From Octopus sinensis (lineage: Eukaryota), in the NCBI RefSeq assembly GCF_006345805.1, contig NC_043012.1, positions 23,188,001-23,252,000 on the forward strand: a stretch of DNA of 64,000 bases, in the 5' to 3' direction. The position numbers and the translations under genes are program-made. Positions 37,845 to 50,110 of the stretch are shown in pieces; the first letter of the stretch is position 1, and every line of letters starts with the position of its first letter. The notes beneath the pieces were generated by a model. The model ran no database searches. It was not told the origin of the DNA and worked only from the letters and a program-made list of their open reading frames with translations.

Positions 37845-38430
37845 TTTGGATGCCAAATAAATTTGTTTCTTTCCGATGTTATTTCAATTAATGCAAACAA
37901 TATTTTTAGTGTAGTGTTTTATGTAGTGTTTTTATTTCATAGCTCCTTTCTTCGTCTACAGCTTTTCTTTATCACTTTTGAAATTTAAATAAAACTTAAC
38001 TCCTTTCATACACAAGACAAAGGAATCACAAGTGGAAGAAAATTACCATTTCCACCAGCTCCTTCTCTTACCTTTCAACCAAAGTTCCAAAGATGCCAAA
38101 GCTGCCTGAGACATTTATGCTGCATATAGGGGGGTGGGTACTGTCACTGAAAGAACTGCACAGAAATGGTTTCCATGCTTCAATGAAGGGAAACTTGACC
38201 TCACAGATTCTCTACTTTCCAGCCGACTTGTTCAGTTCAATACAGATTGATTGAATGAGTTGGTGACATGAATGCTTTTTCAACAAGACAACACTCACCC
38301 CTACGTTGCTAATTTGACCAAAAATGTTATTCAAGAATTTAAGAAGTTCTACAAAACCTGTTACATTCTCCTGAGATAGAACCTTCAGATTATCACCTCC
38401 AATAGTCTGCAAGATGTTTCATTCAATAAT
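37845..38430 (+). mobile_element. Internally deleted mariner (DD34D-type) remnant
   Basis: ESQVEENYHFHQLLLLPFNQ...TERTAQKWF...DLTD (N-terminal HTH region) joined directly to LFQQDNTHP...SPEIEPSDYHL, with stops and a frameshift. Confidence 0.75.
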
Positions 38431-38436
38431 ATTTAC

Positions 38437-38710
38437 CATCATCATCTTTGAATGTCTGTTTTCCATGTTGACAACAGTTGGACAGTCTGACCAGAGCTGG
38501 CAAGGAGGAGAACTGCACCAGGTTCCATTCTAATTTTGGCTCAGTTTCTTAACATCAACCTCTTCACAGTGTGCTGAGTGCTTTTAACATGGCACCAGCA
38601 CAGGCTTCTTTTGGGTCAATCATCAGCAGCAGGGGGGAGTGGCATTAACACTTCTGATGTGGGAGACAGGTCTTCTTGAGTACAACAAGGCACCAGACAT
38701 CTCAGTTCTT
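38437..38710 (-). mobile_element. SINE-E, diverged copy
   Basis: catcatcatctttgaatgtctgttttccatgttg...gtgcttttaacatggcacc. Confidence 0.6.
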
Positions 38711-39056
38711 TGTCATTTCCTCTGTAAAGTTCATTGTGCTGAGATCATATATATATACAGACATATATATATATATATTATATATATATATTATATATAT
38801 ATATATATGTATGGTATAAATAGCTGAGATGGTAAACGCTTTTAATTTTCATTCCTTTCGTGAATTTATCCTTTTTTGTGGTCTTGAGATTTCTACTGAT
38901 CTTTCTAGCACAACGCTTTCCTATTTGGAAGCCTCTTATTATATTTCTATATGAATAATATATAGTCTAATGACTAATTCGTTTTTTGTGCTAGGCCACT
39001 GGTAATAATAATTTATTATTACCCTATTTTATTATATGTATGTATGTATACATACA

Positions 39057-39087
<31 letters not shown>

Positions 39088-39112
39088 ATTATATATATAT
39101 ATTATATATTAA

Positions 39113-39405
39113 GGCTACCATTGTTTTCACATTGAGAAACTTCACAACAATTATTCAAGCCAATGGTTGGCGTTAGGAAGGACATCCAGTCATAAAAACC
39201 TAGCCAAATTAGACTGGAACCTTGTACAGCACCCCAGTTTACCAGTTTTCAGTCAAACCATCCAACCCATGCCAGCATGGAAAGCAGGCATTAAATGATG
39301 ATGATGAAGATGAATCACATAGAAAAACTGGTGTTTGTCCCCATTTTTCCATGTGATTGACTTGAATAATTAAAATATTTTCTTAACATGAAACCAATGG
39401 TAGCC
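39113..39405. mobile_element. TTAA-flanked foldback MITE (Kolobok-like GG termini) interrupted by SINE-E at 39165-39312
   Basis: TTAA|GGCTACCATTG...CAATGGTAGCC|TTAA. Removing the SINE restores a ~142-bp near-palindrome. Confidence 0.75.
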
Positions 39406-39540
39406 TTAATACACAAATAAAGTAATTTTATCCACCAATGTAGTGTTGAGCACTCATTCTCATTGTCCAACAGTTACATATGTGTGTGTGTGTGTGTGTG
39501 TTTCACTGAAAGGTGATTAGTATTTCATTGTGTCTTGTTA

Positions 39541-39768
39541 ATTTATTTCTTTACTGCCCACAAGGGGCTAAACACAGAGGGGACGGACAAGGACAGACAA
39601 ACGGATTAAGTTGATTACATCGACCCCAGTGCGTAACTGTTACTTAATTTATCGACCCCGAAAGGATGAAAGACAAAGTCGACCTCGGCGGAATTTGAAC
39701 TCAGAATGTAATAGCAGACGAAATACGGCTATGCATTTCACCCGGCGTGCTAACAGTTCTGCCAGCAA
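39541..39768 (-). mobile_element. SINE-D, well preserved
   Basis: Reverse complement of 23349-23581. Confidence 0.9.
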
Positions 39769-39914
39769 GCTAATTAGGAAATCAAGAGTTGTGATGGTGC
39801 TTTGGTAAAGTGGTCAGCAAAGTTATATGATTAACAGCAGACACAGAGTTCAAATCCTAGAGGTGAAGTTATATAACATTTTTTTATAAAAATTATATAA
39901 TAATTTTTTCTGAC

Positions 39915-40065
39915 ACAGATACAAAGCCTGGAATTTGGGGAAGTGGGTCATTTGGTTAACCTGCCAAAGCACTGGAATGATACTTTATTTTATTGATCCG
40001 AGGAGATAAAAGGTAAAGTTGACCTTGGTAGAATGTGAACTCAGAATGTAAAGAGTTGGAATATT
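39915..40065 (-). mobile_element. SINE-D fragment
   Basis: ataaaaggtaaagttgacc...gaactcagaatgta. Confidence 0.6.
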
Positions 40066-40277
40066 AATTCGAACTAACGGGAATAAACCACGGGACATTT
40101 TCCAGCTAAATATCAAAAGTTGCCAGCTACAATACAGGTGCATTTGCTACACCCCGCCCCCCCCCCCCCCGCACACACATGTATATAAATAAAAATATAT
40201 ATGTTTATAAATGTATGTGTAAATATATATATATATTTATATATATTTATATATTTACACATACATTTATAAACATA

Positions 40278-40317
<40 letters not shown>

Positions 40318-41461
40318 ACTATATATATACATAAAAACATGTACACACACACATATACATATGTACATACATAGACATGTAGGCATTTGTGTGTACATGG
40401 ATGTATAGTACATGGATGTATAAACCTGTTTGAACATGTCTGTATCTATATGTCTATAGTAAGGTATCTCTATATGCATGTGCATTATTCAGCCTGAGAT
40501 TACAATTTCATATTTCCAAGCGGACATATTATTACGAACATGAAATGAGAAATCAAAAGAATATTGTTAAACCAGTCACAAATTCCATTAAAATTTTTTC
40601 TTTTGCCCTGTTTATCTTTTAATGCTCATCATTATCAACGTCGTCCTCATTGTTGTCATGTATATGCATTGAGATTTACTTTTTCTATAATAAAAATATA
40701 TGAATCACATCATTGATATGTCCAGCTGTAGAATTCAAGTTTAGGAACGTATCAGCTGAGCTTGTTTAGAAACATTTTAGCATTTTTCAAAATGATTCCT
40801 TTCTCTAAATATTCAGTTTCTGGTACACAGTGTGTGCCATTGCGCAATGTTCTAAGCATTTTATATGCAAAGACAGATTCCACCTTCAATGAATCCTACT
40901 GGTGATTCTAAAGTCTTAGATTCTAAGCAAGTAATTCTGATTCAACAAGTTCTATTGTAGAACGGACTGATGTAGCCCTTGGCGTGTATATTTCCAAGTT
41001 TAAATTCAAGATAATATTTTGGTCAGAATCTCTGGATTTTGTTGGTTCAGTGTTTAGTTGGAATACATACATTTCTGAATACTAAATTAAGAATAGATTT
41101 GAGTGGGGTAGGGTCGAGGAAAATGTCATGAGGTTGTACAGTATAGTTGTTCAGTTCTTTTCTTGTTATAACAATGGATAGAATGAGAAAAATAATGATT
41201 TCTTTTTGTAATAATAATAATAATAATAATGTTTTTCTTACAGATATGCAGAAATTTACTTATCACACCTGGGTTTCTTAAGATATTTATATATGTTTTT
41301 CTTTTGCCTGTAGGTCATCCATTAAGCTCCTTATTCGTAGATTAGATAAGTTTAAAGAGAAATATCTACTTACTGTTCACACTTGTATGATAAATATAAC
41401 CGGTCACCTGACTTTGCAGGAGCACAGGTATCCATCACAGGTAAACTTTCCCAACAGATTT

Positions 41462-41620
41462 CATTGTGGTTCAGAAGTTTACTTCACAACCACATGGTTT
41501 CAGGTTCAAATGCATTATGTGTCACCTTGAGCAAGCGTCTTCCACTCTGGCTCTGGACTGATCAAAAGTCTTGTGAATGGATTTGATAAATGAAACCTGA
41601 AAGAAGCTTAATGTCTCTCT
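41462..41620 (+). mobile_element. SINE-C head fragment
   Basis: ccacatggtttcaggttc...caccttgagcaag...aacctgaaagaagc. Confidence 0.65.
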
Positions 41621-41738
41621 TTCTCTGTATACATACATGCATTAAATATACACACACACATAATAGAAATATATATTATAATATATATATGTATATAATA
41701 TGTATATGTATGTATGCTTTATATATATGTAATATGTA

Positions 41739-42305
41739 TTGGATCATCCCATAAATAATGTGGTTTTTTAATACTTCATTTATTTTTCAAAATTAAGATA
41801 AACAAAGTTCTTTTTTAAACTAAAATATATTCTCCATTTTCTACAGTGCTCTTTCATCTATCTGGTGTACTTGCAAGGCTCCTCTTCCAAAATTCACCTG
41901 TCCTTGTTGAAAAATACTCCTCCAGTACTGTTCTGACCTTGTCTACAGAATTCATATTTTTTCTGTCCAAATGATTTTAAAGACTGCAGAATAAATGATA
42001 ATCAGATGGGACAATGTCCGGCGAACATGGTGGGTGGGGCATCGTTTCCCATTCAAACTACTCCAGCCTTTCGAATGTCATCTTCGTTGTATGTAGCAGA
42101 GCATTATCTTGATGGAAGAACACCTTTCATCTTGAAACCAAAGATGGTCGTTTTTTGTCTTGCGCTGACTCAAGCTACTCGCAGCAGATCTCCTTTGTTA
42201 TTGTTTAGTTAGGGTTTAAAAGTTCAAAGTGGACTAAACCTTTTATATCCCACCAAACAGATAACAATACGTAAGTGAAGACCTTCTTTAAGTGTTTGGA
42301 GATAA
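41739..42305 (-). mobile_element. Mariner DD34D transposase 3' remnant with TIR
   Basis: VFFHQDNALLHTTKMTFERLE*FEWETMPHPPCSPDIVPSDYHLF (34 positions between the Asp residues)...GEYILV*. Terminus TA|ttggatcatcccataaataatg. Confidence 0.88.
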
Positions 42306-42765
42306 ATTAGCAGAAATATGGCCTTTCATGATCTATGAGCCCCACTACTACTAGAACCGCCACCACCACCACCATTACTACTACTGCTGCTGCTACTTCA
42401 AAATTGTAATGATGATGATCATCATTATGACCCTCTCTACCACTATCGCCATCACTATCATCATCATCATCATCATCATCATCATTACAATCCTCATCAT
42501 TTAACATCTGTTTTTCCATGCTGGCATGAGTTGGATGGTTCAATGTACTCTGAAAATTTAAGAAAACTCACAGAAGTCTTATTCCATCTCAACCAAAGCC
42601 AGCAGAAAAGAAAATCTTTGAATTGATTCATTGAAAAATTAAAAAAGGCAGGATAACAGAAACACTTGAATTTTAAGTAAAAAGTGTTATTTGATTGGGA
42701 TGTGAGGCGTGAAGTGTCATTTCGAAACCAGTTGACACATGATCAGCAGCAGCAGCAGCAGAAGC

Positions 42766-43125
42766 AGTGGAGGTGCAATGGCCCAGTGGTTAGGGCAGCG
42801 GAATCACAGTCGGAGGATCGCGGTTTCGATTCCCAGACTGGGTGATGTGTGTGTTTATTGAGCAAAAACACCTAAAGCTCCATGAGGCTCCGGTAGGGGG
42901 TGGTGGCAACCCCTGTTGTACTCTTTTGCTCCAACTTTCTCTCACTCTTTCTTCCTGTTTCTTGTCCCCGACTTCCTATGCAACCGCTGAGCATGGATGC
43001 ACATTCGATGCTCTCAGTGTTGGGGGTTGACCTCCTTTCTCTTCTGCGGGTCTTACGAATAGCAACGGACCACATTTCAGACTTCTCCCAGGACGAAGAC
43101 CGCTTCGCTCAACAAACAAACAAGC
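42766..43125 (+). mobile_element. SINE-B head and body with an alternative tail
   Basis: gtggaggtgcaatggcccagtgg head; diverges from the other SINE-B copies after ctttcttcctgttt; ends in (AAAC)n. Confidence 0.8.
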
Positions 43126-43244
43126 AACAGTTGTAGCAGTAAAAGTGATGGTGGTGGTGGTGGTAGTGGTGAGGCTAGGTGTAGTAGTAGTAGTAGTAAC
43201 AATGTAGCAACAGTGCTAATGATGGAAGTGGTAGCAGTGTTTCA

Positions 43245-43420
43245 CACACACAAATATAATAGGCTTCTTTCAGTTTTTTTTTCTATCAAAATCCACTCAC
43301 AAGGCTTTGGTCAAGCCGGGGCTATAGTAGAAGACACTTGCCCAATGTGGCCTGCAGTGGGAATGAACCTGAAACCGCATGATTGCAAAGCAAGCTTGCT
43401 AACCACACAGCTATACCCAT
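43245..43420 (-). mobile_element. SINE-C head
   Basis: atccactcacaaggctttggtc...ctatagtagaagacacttgccc. Confidence 0.8.
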
Positions 43421-43544
43421 AAAACTATATATATATGCCCCAATATATAACCCTAGGACAATAAATCAGTTTATTTGTATAAAACATTTCCTGTATATTT
43501 AATGTAAGCTGCTTGTCAGGTTTCTCAGTGCTTTCCTATTTATT

Positions 43545-43735
43545 ACCAGATCAACTCCTAAGCAAATAAATACACGATAATAAAAGACATTCCAGCTGTG
43601 ACCATTTGACTTTGTTTTCAAGGACAGTATATCTAGGAGTACATTATGTAATGTGTCATCGCTTTTAATATATTTAAGTCTGATTCAAGGGACATTTGGC
43701 TACTTTGTTTCTGGCAGGGTGAGCTATCACATAGA
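43545..43735 (+). mobile_element. Unclassified dispersed repeat, related to 48965-49115
   Basis: A tacattat...gtNtgatt...atttNNNN..tttct.g.aggNtgag segment is shared by both loci. Confidence 0.4.
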
Positions 43736-43744
43736 GATTTTAAA

Positions 43745-43985
43745 TATATATACCTATGTGTGAGTGTGTGTCTTTGTGTCTGTGTTTGTCCCATCCACCA
43801 CTTGACAACTGGTGTTGGTTTGTTTACATCCCTGTAACTTAGTGGTTTGGCAATAGGGACTGGAAGAATAAGTATCAGATTTTTAAAAAATTAAGTACTG
43901 ATGTTGACTTGTTTGACTAAAAACTTGTCAAGGCAGTGACTCCAGCATGGCCATAGTTCAATAACTGAAATGAGTAAAAGACAAA
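43745..43985 (+). mobile_element. SINE-C 3' half
   Basis: cttgacaactggtgttgg...ccagcatggcc...aactgaaatgagtaaaag. Confidence 0.75.
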
Positions 43986-44189
43986 AAAAAAAAAAGATAT
44001 GAATGCAGATAAACTGAAATTTGCTGATATGACGCTGGGTGAATATAGTTTGTTTATTCTTATATACATTTGAGCCCTAAGGCTTTGGCCATGATGCGGC
44101 TCCACCTTTTCTGGATCTGTACCATTCTACAGAGGTGTTTTTCTTTGGGAACTTCACACAAGAACAAATCTAAGAGCTTGTTGATTTGA

Positions 44190-44640
44190 AAAAAAAAAAA
44201 AAAAAATCAAAGAGAAGTATCAACAGTGAAGATCCTTGCTACCAAAACCAAAGAACCATCAACAAACACACCAGACATCATCAATGGTTTGGGTATTTAA
44301 CAAATAACGAAAATCTCCATCTGGCTGGGTGGAACTACATTGAGTGCTCTACTCATTACCTTCTCTGGTGATCCTTGCCAACCATCACTGCTATTCAATA
44401 TAAAATGACCCCTATTTCCTCACAGATCTACTTCATGCACCTTTGTACCTCACATCAAACCACACGCAAAATTCAAATCCGAACAACGTGTCCAGGCCCT
44501 GCAAAACTTGTGTACCCTACCCCATCATCCACCCTTGTTTTGCTCTACATCCGTTTCAGTCTGCCATAGAAAATCATCAACATACAAAACACTGGTCAGC
44601 AAAAGAATCACCTAAGCTGAGACTGGTCAAAGCTGACCAG
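44190..44640 (+). pseudogene. Possible Penelope-like RT-linker/GIY-YIG remnant
   Basis: Frameshifted QYK-DPYFLTDLLHAPL...NVSRPCKTCVPYP resembles the PLE linker and the Cys motif before GIY-YIG. Heavily decayed. Confidence 0.3.
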
Positions 44641-44656
44641 TGACCAAAGCGCAGGT

Positions 44657-45060
44657 GCAGGCATGGCTGTGGGGTAGAGAAGCTCACTTTGCAACTACCT
44701 AGTTTTGGAGTTCAGTCCCTCTGTGTGGCACCTTGGGTAAGTGAGAATCTTCTACCTTAGCCCTGGGTTAACTAATGCCATGTGAGTGGATCTGGTAGAC
44801 GGAAACTGTGTGGAAGCCTGTCATACAAATATATCTGTGAACATGTCTCTGTGTGTCTTTGTGCCTGTGCTTTTCTGCCACCCTTTACTGCTTGACAACT
44901 GATGTTGGTTTGGTTACATCTGCATAGCAGCAGTTCTTGGAAGGAGACTGATAGAATAAGAACTAGACTTAAAATACTGAGGTTGATTTGATCAAATAAA
45001 CCTTTCAAAATGGTGTACCAGCATGGTCGTACTCCAGTGACTCACATGTAAAAAGAGAAT
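44657..45060 (+). mobile_element. SINE-C, diverged full copy
   Basis: Head, CORE-like domain, body and tail collinear with 34029-34432. Confidence 0.8.
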
Positions 45061-45924
45061 AGAGGAAGGAATTACAACCGTGTTTCGTGGTCTGCTACCA
45101 CAACAGCTCCTTCATAGGATCCAGTTAGCTCAAGACATCATCAGGAGGAACCATGTCTGGTTTCGGCTCCTACTCCTCTACCGTTTTGACGTAGCGGGCC
45201 CCCCCCCTTTCGGAGGTGTCTTCAGCTCTGGTGTTGGGTGCATGTCTTCTTTCTTCTGTTCCCTGGCCTCTTCGATGTAAAAGAGGCCAGGGAACAAGCA
45301 TCAGAACACTCATAGTTGACCTGAACAACATAAGAAGTAACTCAAACACAACAACAACTGGAAGGTGGGAACCAGTACAAGATAGGTCTTCAAAACCTAA
45401 CCACTAGATACTTGGTTGGGCACCATGAATGAGCCACCACAGCATCATGTGACTGACCTATAAATCAGCCAATCATCATGAAGCTGTGGCATGATGTGGG
45501 TTTTTCTAGAACGTTCTGGAAACTGCCCTGTTCACATTATAAAAACTGTTCTGCCACTTTGGCTCAAGACAGAGGGTTGAAAGCAGCTAAGCTCCCATTC
45601 AGCAGTTATTAACATTGCTCATTGTTATTGGCTAATAGCAAATATGGTCTGGCAATAAATATTACAGTTAAGAGTTTGTGAGTGTGCTTCAGTTCTTATT
45701 CTCACAGCCAACAACAACAACAACATGCACATGAACACAATGTAAATAATGCCATCCACTTCGGCGAGGGTGACGCATCCTTCTGAAGTAGATCTCCATT
45801 GAACAGCTGAACTTGGGTGATAAGCAGACGTCACAGGGTTAATAAGGACGCATAAAGCACAAGCAGGAGTGTATCAGATATTGGCTTGCACTTTCTCCCT
45901 AATTCTATGCATTCCCCTACATTG

Positions 45925-46272
45925 CAGGCATGGCTGTGAGGTAAGAAGTTTGTTTCCCAACCATATGGTTCCAGGTTCAGTCCTACTGCATGGCACATAG
46001 GTCAAAGGTCTTCTATTATAACCCTGAGTGGGTTTGGTAGACAGAAACTGAATGAATTCCATCATGTATGTGTGTGCGAATGTCTGCGTGTCACCCCACC
46101 ACTTGACAACCAGTGTTGGTTTGTTTATATTCCCATAACTTAGCATTTCTGCAAAAGGGACCTGTAGAATAAATTCCAGGCTTTAAAATCAATTAAGTAC
46201 TGGGATCTACCTATTCAAGGCAGTGCCCCAGCATGGCCACAGTCCAATGACTGAAAGAAGAGAAAGATAAAA
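45925..46272 (+). mobile_element. SINE-C, diverged copy
   Basis: ggcatggctgtgaggtaagaag head; tail ccaatgactgaaagaagag. Confidence 0.8.
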
Positions 46273-46640
46273 GATACTCTCTCATTCACTTCTTTCATTT
46301 CCCTCTCTCTCTCTCCCACAGAGCAGAGTCACTCAGTGAAGATCAGTGTCTGTTGTCCTTGTCAAAAGAACAATTTGAAGAGTGGGAAATTTGAGGACAT
46401 TTCTTTATTTATTGCCATTATGTATATGTCACTAGAGTAAGCAAGTAAAAAGCTTTACGGACAATGGTTTGCATTATGCTTTCTTTATGCTTAGCACTCA
46501 AGTAGAAGCACATTTTCACTCTTTCATAAACCACCCCCACTCAGCCAATTTTAGGTTCACCTGTTCTCACCTTCATATTGCTCTTCATTAATATTCACAA
46601 TCAAAGGGTTTGGTAGTTTTTGTTCTTTTTTTGCCCCATG

Positions 46641-47130
<490 letters not shown>

Positions 47131-47238
47131 TATGTCATTTTGTCCTCACTAATTGTAAAAAGAACGAGGAATGGAAGTTTATCTAAGGAAGATACTGAAT
47201 CATTTCTTTAGCATTATGATTACTCAGTGAACTGTTAT

Positions 47239-47644
47239 ACTCTTTACTCTCTCTTTTACTTTGTTTCAGCCATTTGACTGTGGCCATGCTGGAGCACCGC
47301 CTTTAGTCGAGCAAATCGACCCAAGGACTTATTCTTTGTAAGCCTAGTACTTATTCTAACGGTCTCTCTTGCCAAACCGCTAAGCTACAGGGACGTAAAT
47401 ACACCAGCATCGGTTGTCAAGCAATGTTGGGGGGACAAACACAGACACACAAACACACACACATATATACGTATATACAACGGGCTTCTTTCAGTTTCCG
47501 TCTACCAAATCCAACTCACAAGGCTTTGGTCGGTCTAAGGCTATAGTAGAAGACACTTGCCCAAGGTGCCACGCAGTGGAACTGAACCCAGAACCATGTG
47601 GTTGGTAAGCAAGCTACTTACCACACAGCCATTCCTGCGCCTAT
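47239..47644 (-). mobile_element. SINE-C, full length, inverted next to the previous copy
   Basis: Reverse complement of 46641-47130; spacer ~108 bp. Confidence 0.93.
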
Positions 47645-47649
47645 GGTTA

Positions 47650-47821
47650 TGCTTATTTATTCACAATGGTTTGAATTAATTGTGCAGATTTTACTGATGA
47701 GATTGTTTGTTTTTTAGAATGACATCGTTAGGTAGAAGAAAATGGTAGGATCTGACCAGTTTGAACATAAAACTGGTAGAATATTTTGGCCAGTTATGAC
47801 TGGTTTAAATGTTAAGGGGTT
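47650..47821 (-). mobile_element. piggyBac-like MITE family 1, partial
   Basis: gaacataaaactggtagaatattttggcc...tttaaatgttaaggggtt matches the reverse complement of 3259-3400. Confidence 0.6.
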
Positions 47822-47949
47822 GACTTGTTTCAGCTAGTGGGCTGGGGCCAGGTTAAGATATTGCTTTGAAAAGTTTAATTTTGACAAATACACCCCAGCA
47901 CTTATTTATTATTTTTTTTACGTCTGGTAATAATTTATCATTTTTTCCC

Positions 47950-48212
47950 CCCGTAACTTAGGGATCTAAGTTACAAAATAAACAAACCAACACTAGTTAC
48001 CAAGTGGTAGGGGCAGGACAAGCACAAACACAAAGGTACAAACACACACACACACATATGATGGGCTTCCACATAGTTTCCACTTACCAAGGTCACTTAC
48101 AAGGCATTGGTTAACTTGCGGTCATAGTAGAAGGTGCTTACCCAAGGTACTGCTTAGGGGGAACTGAACAGCAAACCACCTAGTTGAAAAGCAAGTCTCT
48201 TAACCACCTGGA
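47950..48212 (-). mobile_element. SINE-C, diverged copy
   Basis: cacttacaaggcattgg...tagtagaaggtgcttacccaagg. Confidence 0.65.
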
Positions 48213-48468
48213 AACCCAACTAGAGTCCAAAATACCAAAGGTTGAGATGATAGTAACAAAGAATATGAGACTCTAGTGCTACCTGTTTCATAATCAGAAA
48301 TGCTATAAGTAGGGGCTGGAGACTGTTGATTTAATCCAAACAATGGGTCCACAAATTATCTAGGGTGAGATCTTTGGCAGGTAACCAGAGATTTGGATGT
48401 ACAGAAGCGGTTAGCAGCAATAGATTCATCCATGATACAAAGTCTGTTGGCTCATGAGATGCAATTAA

Positions 48469-48686
48469 TCCATTAGTATTCAGATTATTCTGCCAAAAGC
48501 GAGGCTTATTTATTCACATTGTATTTTGAATTAATTGTGCCTTATCTCTTAGCTTTGAGATTTCAATGATGTGATTAATTCTAGAATGACATTGTAAGGT
48601 AGGTGTGAGAAGCTGGATCTGACTGATTTGAACATAAAACAAGTAGAACATTTGGAGGTTGATATGGCCTGTTAAATGCTAATGGG
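48469..48686 (-). mobile_element. piggyBac-like MITE family 1
   Basis: TTAA|tccattag...ctaatggg|TTAA; collinear with 3259-3479. Confidence 0.7.
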
Positions 48687-49169
48687 TTAATAACAGCTTC
48701 TCTTAGTAAGGTGACTTAGTCCCTGCGTTTGCTGTTGTTAAGTAACCTTGGTTCACACTTGACTGAGCATGCCTTTTACAAACAGGTAGTTGACATAACA
48801 ATGAGTTGTGACCCACAGACCTGTTTCTCCAGTCACGTCATATCTCTGCTTAAGAGAACAGCACACAACACATTCTGTCATATAATGATGAATTGTACAA
48901 AGTGCAATGTGACAGTTTGAACATGTACTCTTTCTTCAGTTCAGTTTATTTATGTACAACAATTGTTGTTGCTGTTTTGTTCTAAGTCAGCTATGAACAT
49001 GTTTCATGTTGATCTTTTTATGGTTATGTAACACTACATTATCTAGGGTGTGATTTCAGAGAGATTTACCTGTTATTTCTAGTAGGTTGAGTGACCATCT
49101 AGAAACACTTTCTATTTGATTTCCAACCTTGTAAACCTACCTGTGGACAGTTAGGAATTAGGGAGTATT

Positions 49170-50070
49170 GAGAGCAGAGAAAAAAGGGAAAACAAAGGAA
49201 GAAGTACAAAAAGGATAAGAAGAAGAATTGCACAAAAGGGATTACATAATCAATTCCATTCAGCAACAACAGAAGTTGCTGGAAAAAATAGGTGAGACTA
49301 GATGATGAAAGTAACCTTAAAAATGGAGACCCAGAGCACTATACTGGCAGCACATGACCAAGTTTGGGCCACAAACTGGAGGGTCAACCTTAGGAATGAG
49401 CAGGTGTCTCTTCTGTGCAACAGAATGGGTGAAACCATTGTCCATATCATGAATGAATGCCCCAGGCTTGCCCAAAACCACTACAAGGTGTGGTGACATG
49501 ACCAGGTAGCAAAAGTGCTCTACTGGAAACTGTGCAAAAAGTGGGGACTACAGAGAGGTAAGATGTGGTATTAGAACAATCTGCAGAAAGTGGCAGAGTC
49601 AATGACTAGCAAAATCCTCTGGGATTTCCCTATCCATACAGATCAGGTGCTAGAGCATAACAGACCGGACCTAGTGGTAGTGGATAAGGTGTGCAACATA
49701 TGCTATGCAGTTGACGTTGCTTATCCCTTTGACCCACGAATAGTCAAGAAGAAAAGCGAAAAGGTAGATAAATACAACCCTGTTGAGTACGAAATAGGCC
49801 GGCTATGGAAAATAAAGAAGGTGAAGATAGTATCAATCATTGTTGGGTCCTTGGGAACAGTATCAGATGGTATCAAGGGGAATATTAAGGAAATCGGAAT
49901 AGAGTACCCAATAGAACTGTTACAAAAGATTTGCCTCCTTGGTCCAGAATAATCAGGAAAGTATTAGGTAGCTGACATGAGCAAATAGCATGGAACCATA
50001 GGCTGCATGTAGCAAGCCTGCTACCCATGTAAGACTCCAGGGGCTCCAACAAAACCTGTGATAAAGAGAT
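49170..50070 (+). mobile_element. R4/Dong-like RLE-type non-LTR retrotransposon, 5'-truncated pseudogene
   Basis: One frame reads KGLHNQF...ETQSTILAAHDQ...CNRMGETIVHIMNEC (zinc-knuckle region)...RPDLVVVD..DVAYPFD...EKVDKY...IIVGSLG, with stops at 49494 and 49572. A frameshift leads to RIIRKVLGS*. The element ends in (GAT)n/(TAA)n. Confidence 0.9.
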
Positions 50071-50110
50071 GATGATGATGATGATGATAATAATGATAAT
50101 AGTAATATGC

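Noticed and set aside
45065-45150. Minus-strand CTGATGA...GAAAC...GTA
   Set aside because: Stem I is not complementary and stem II would need indels.
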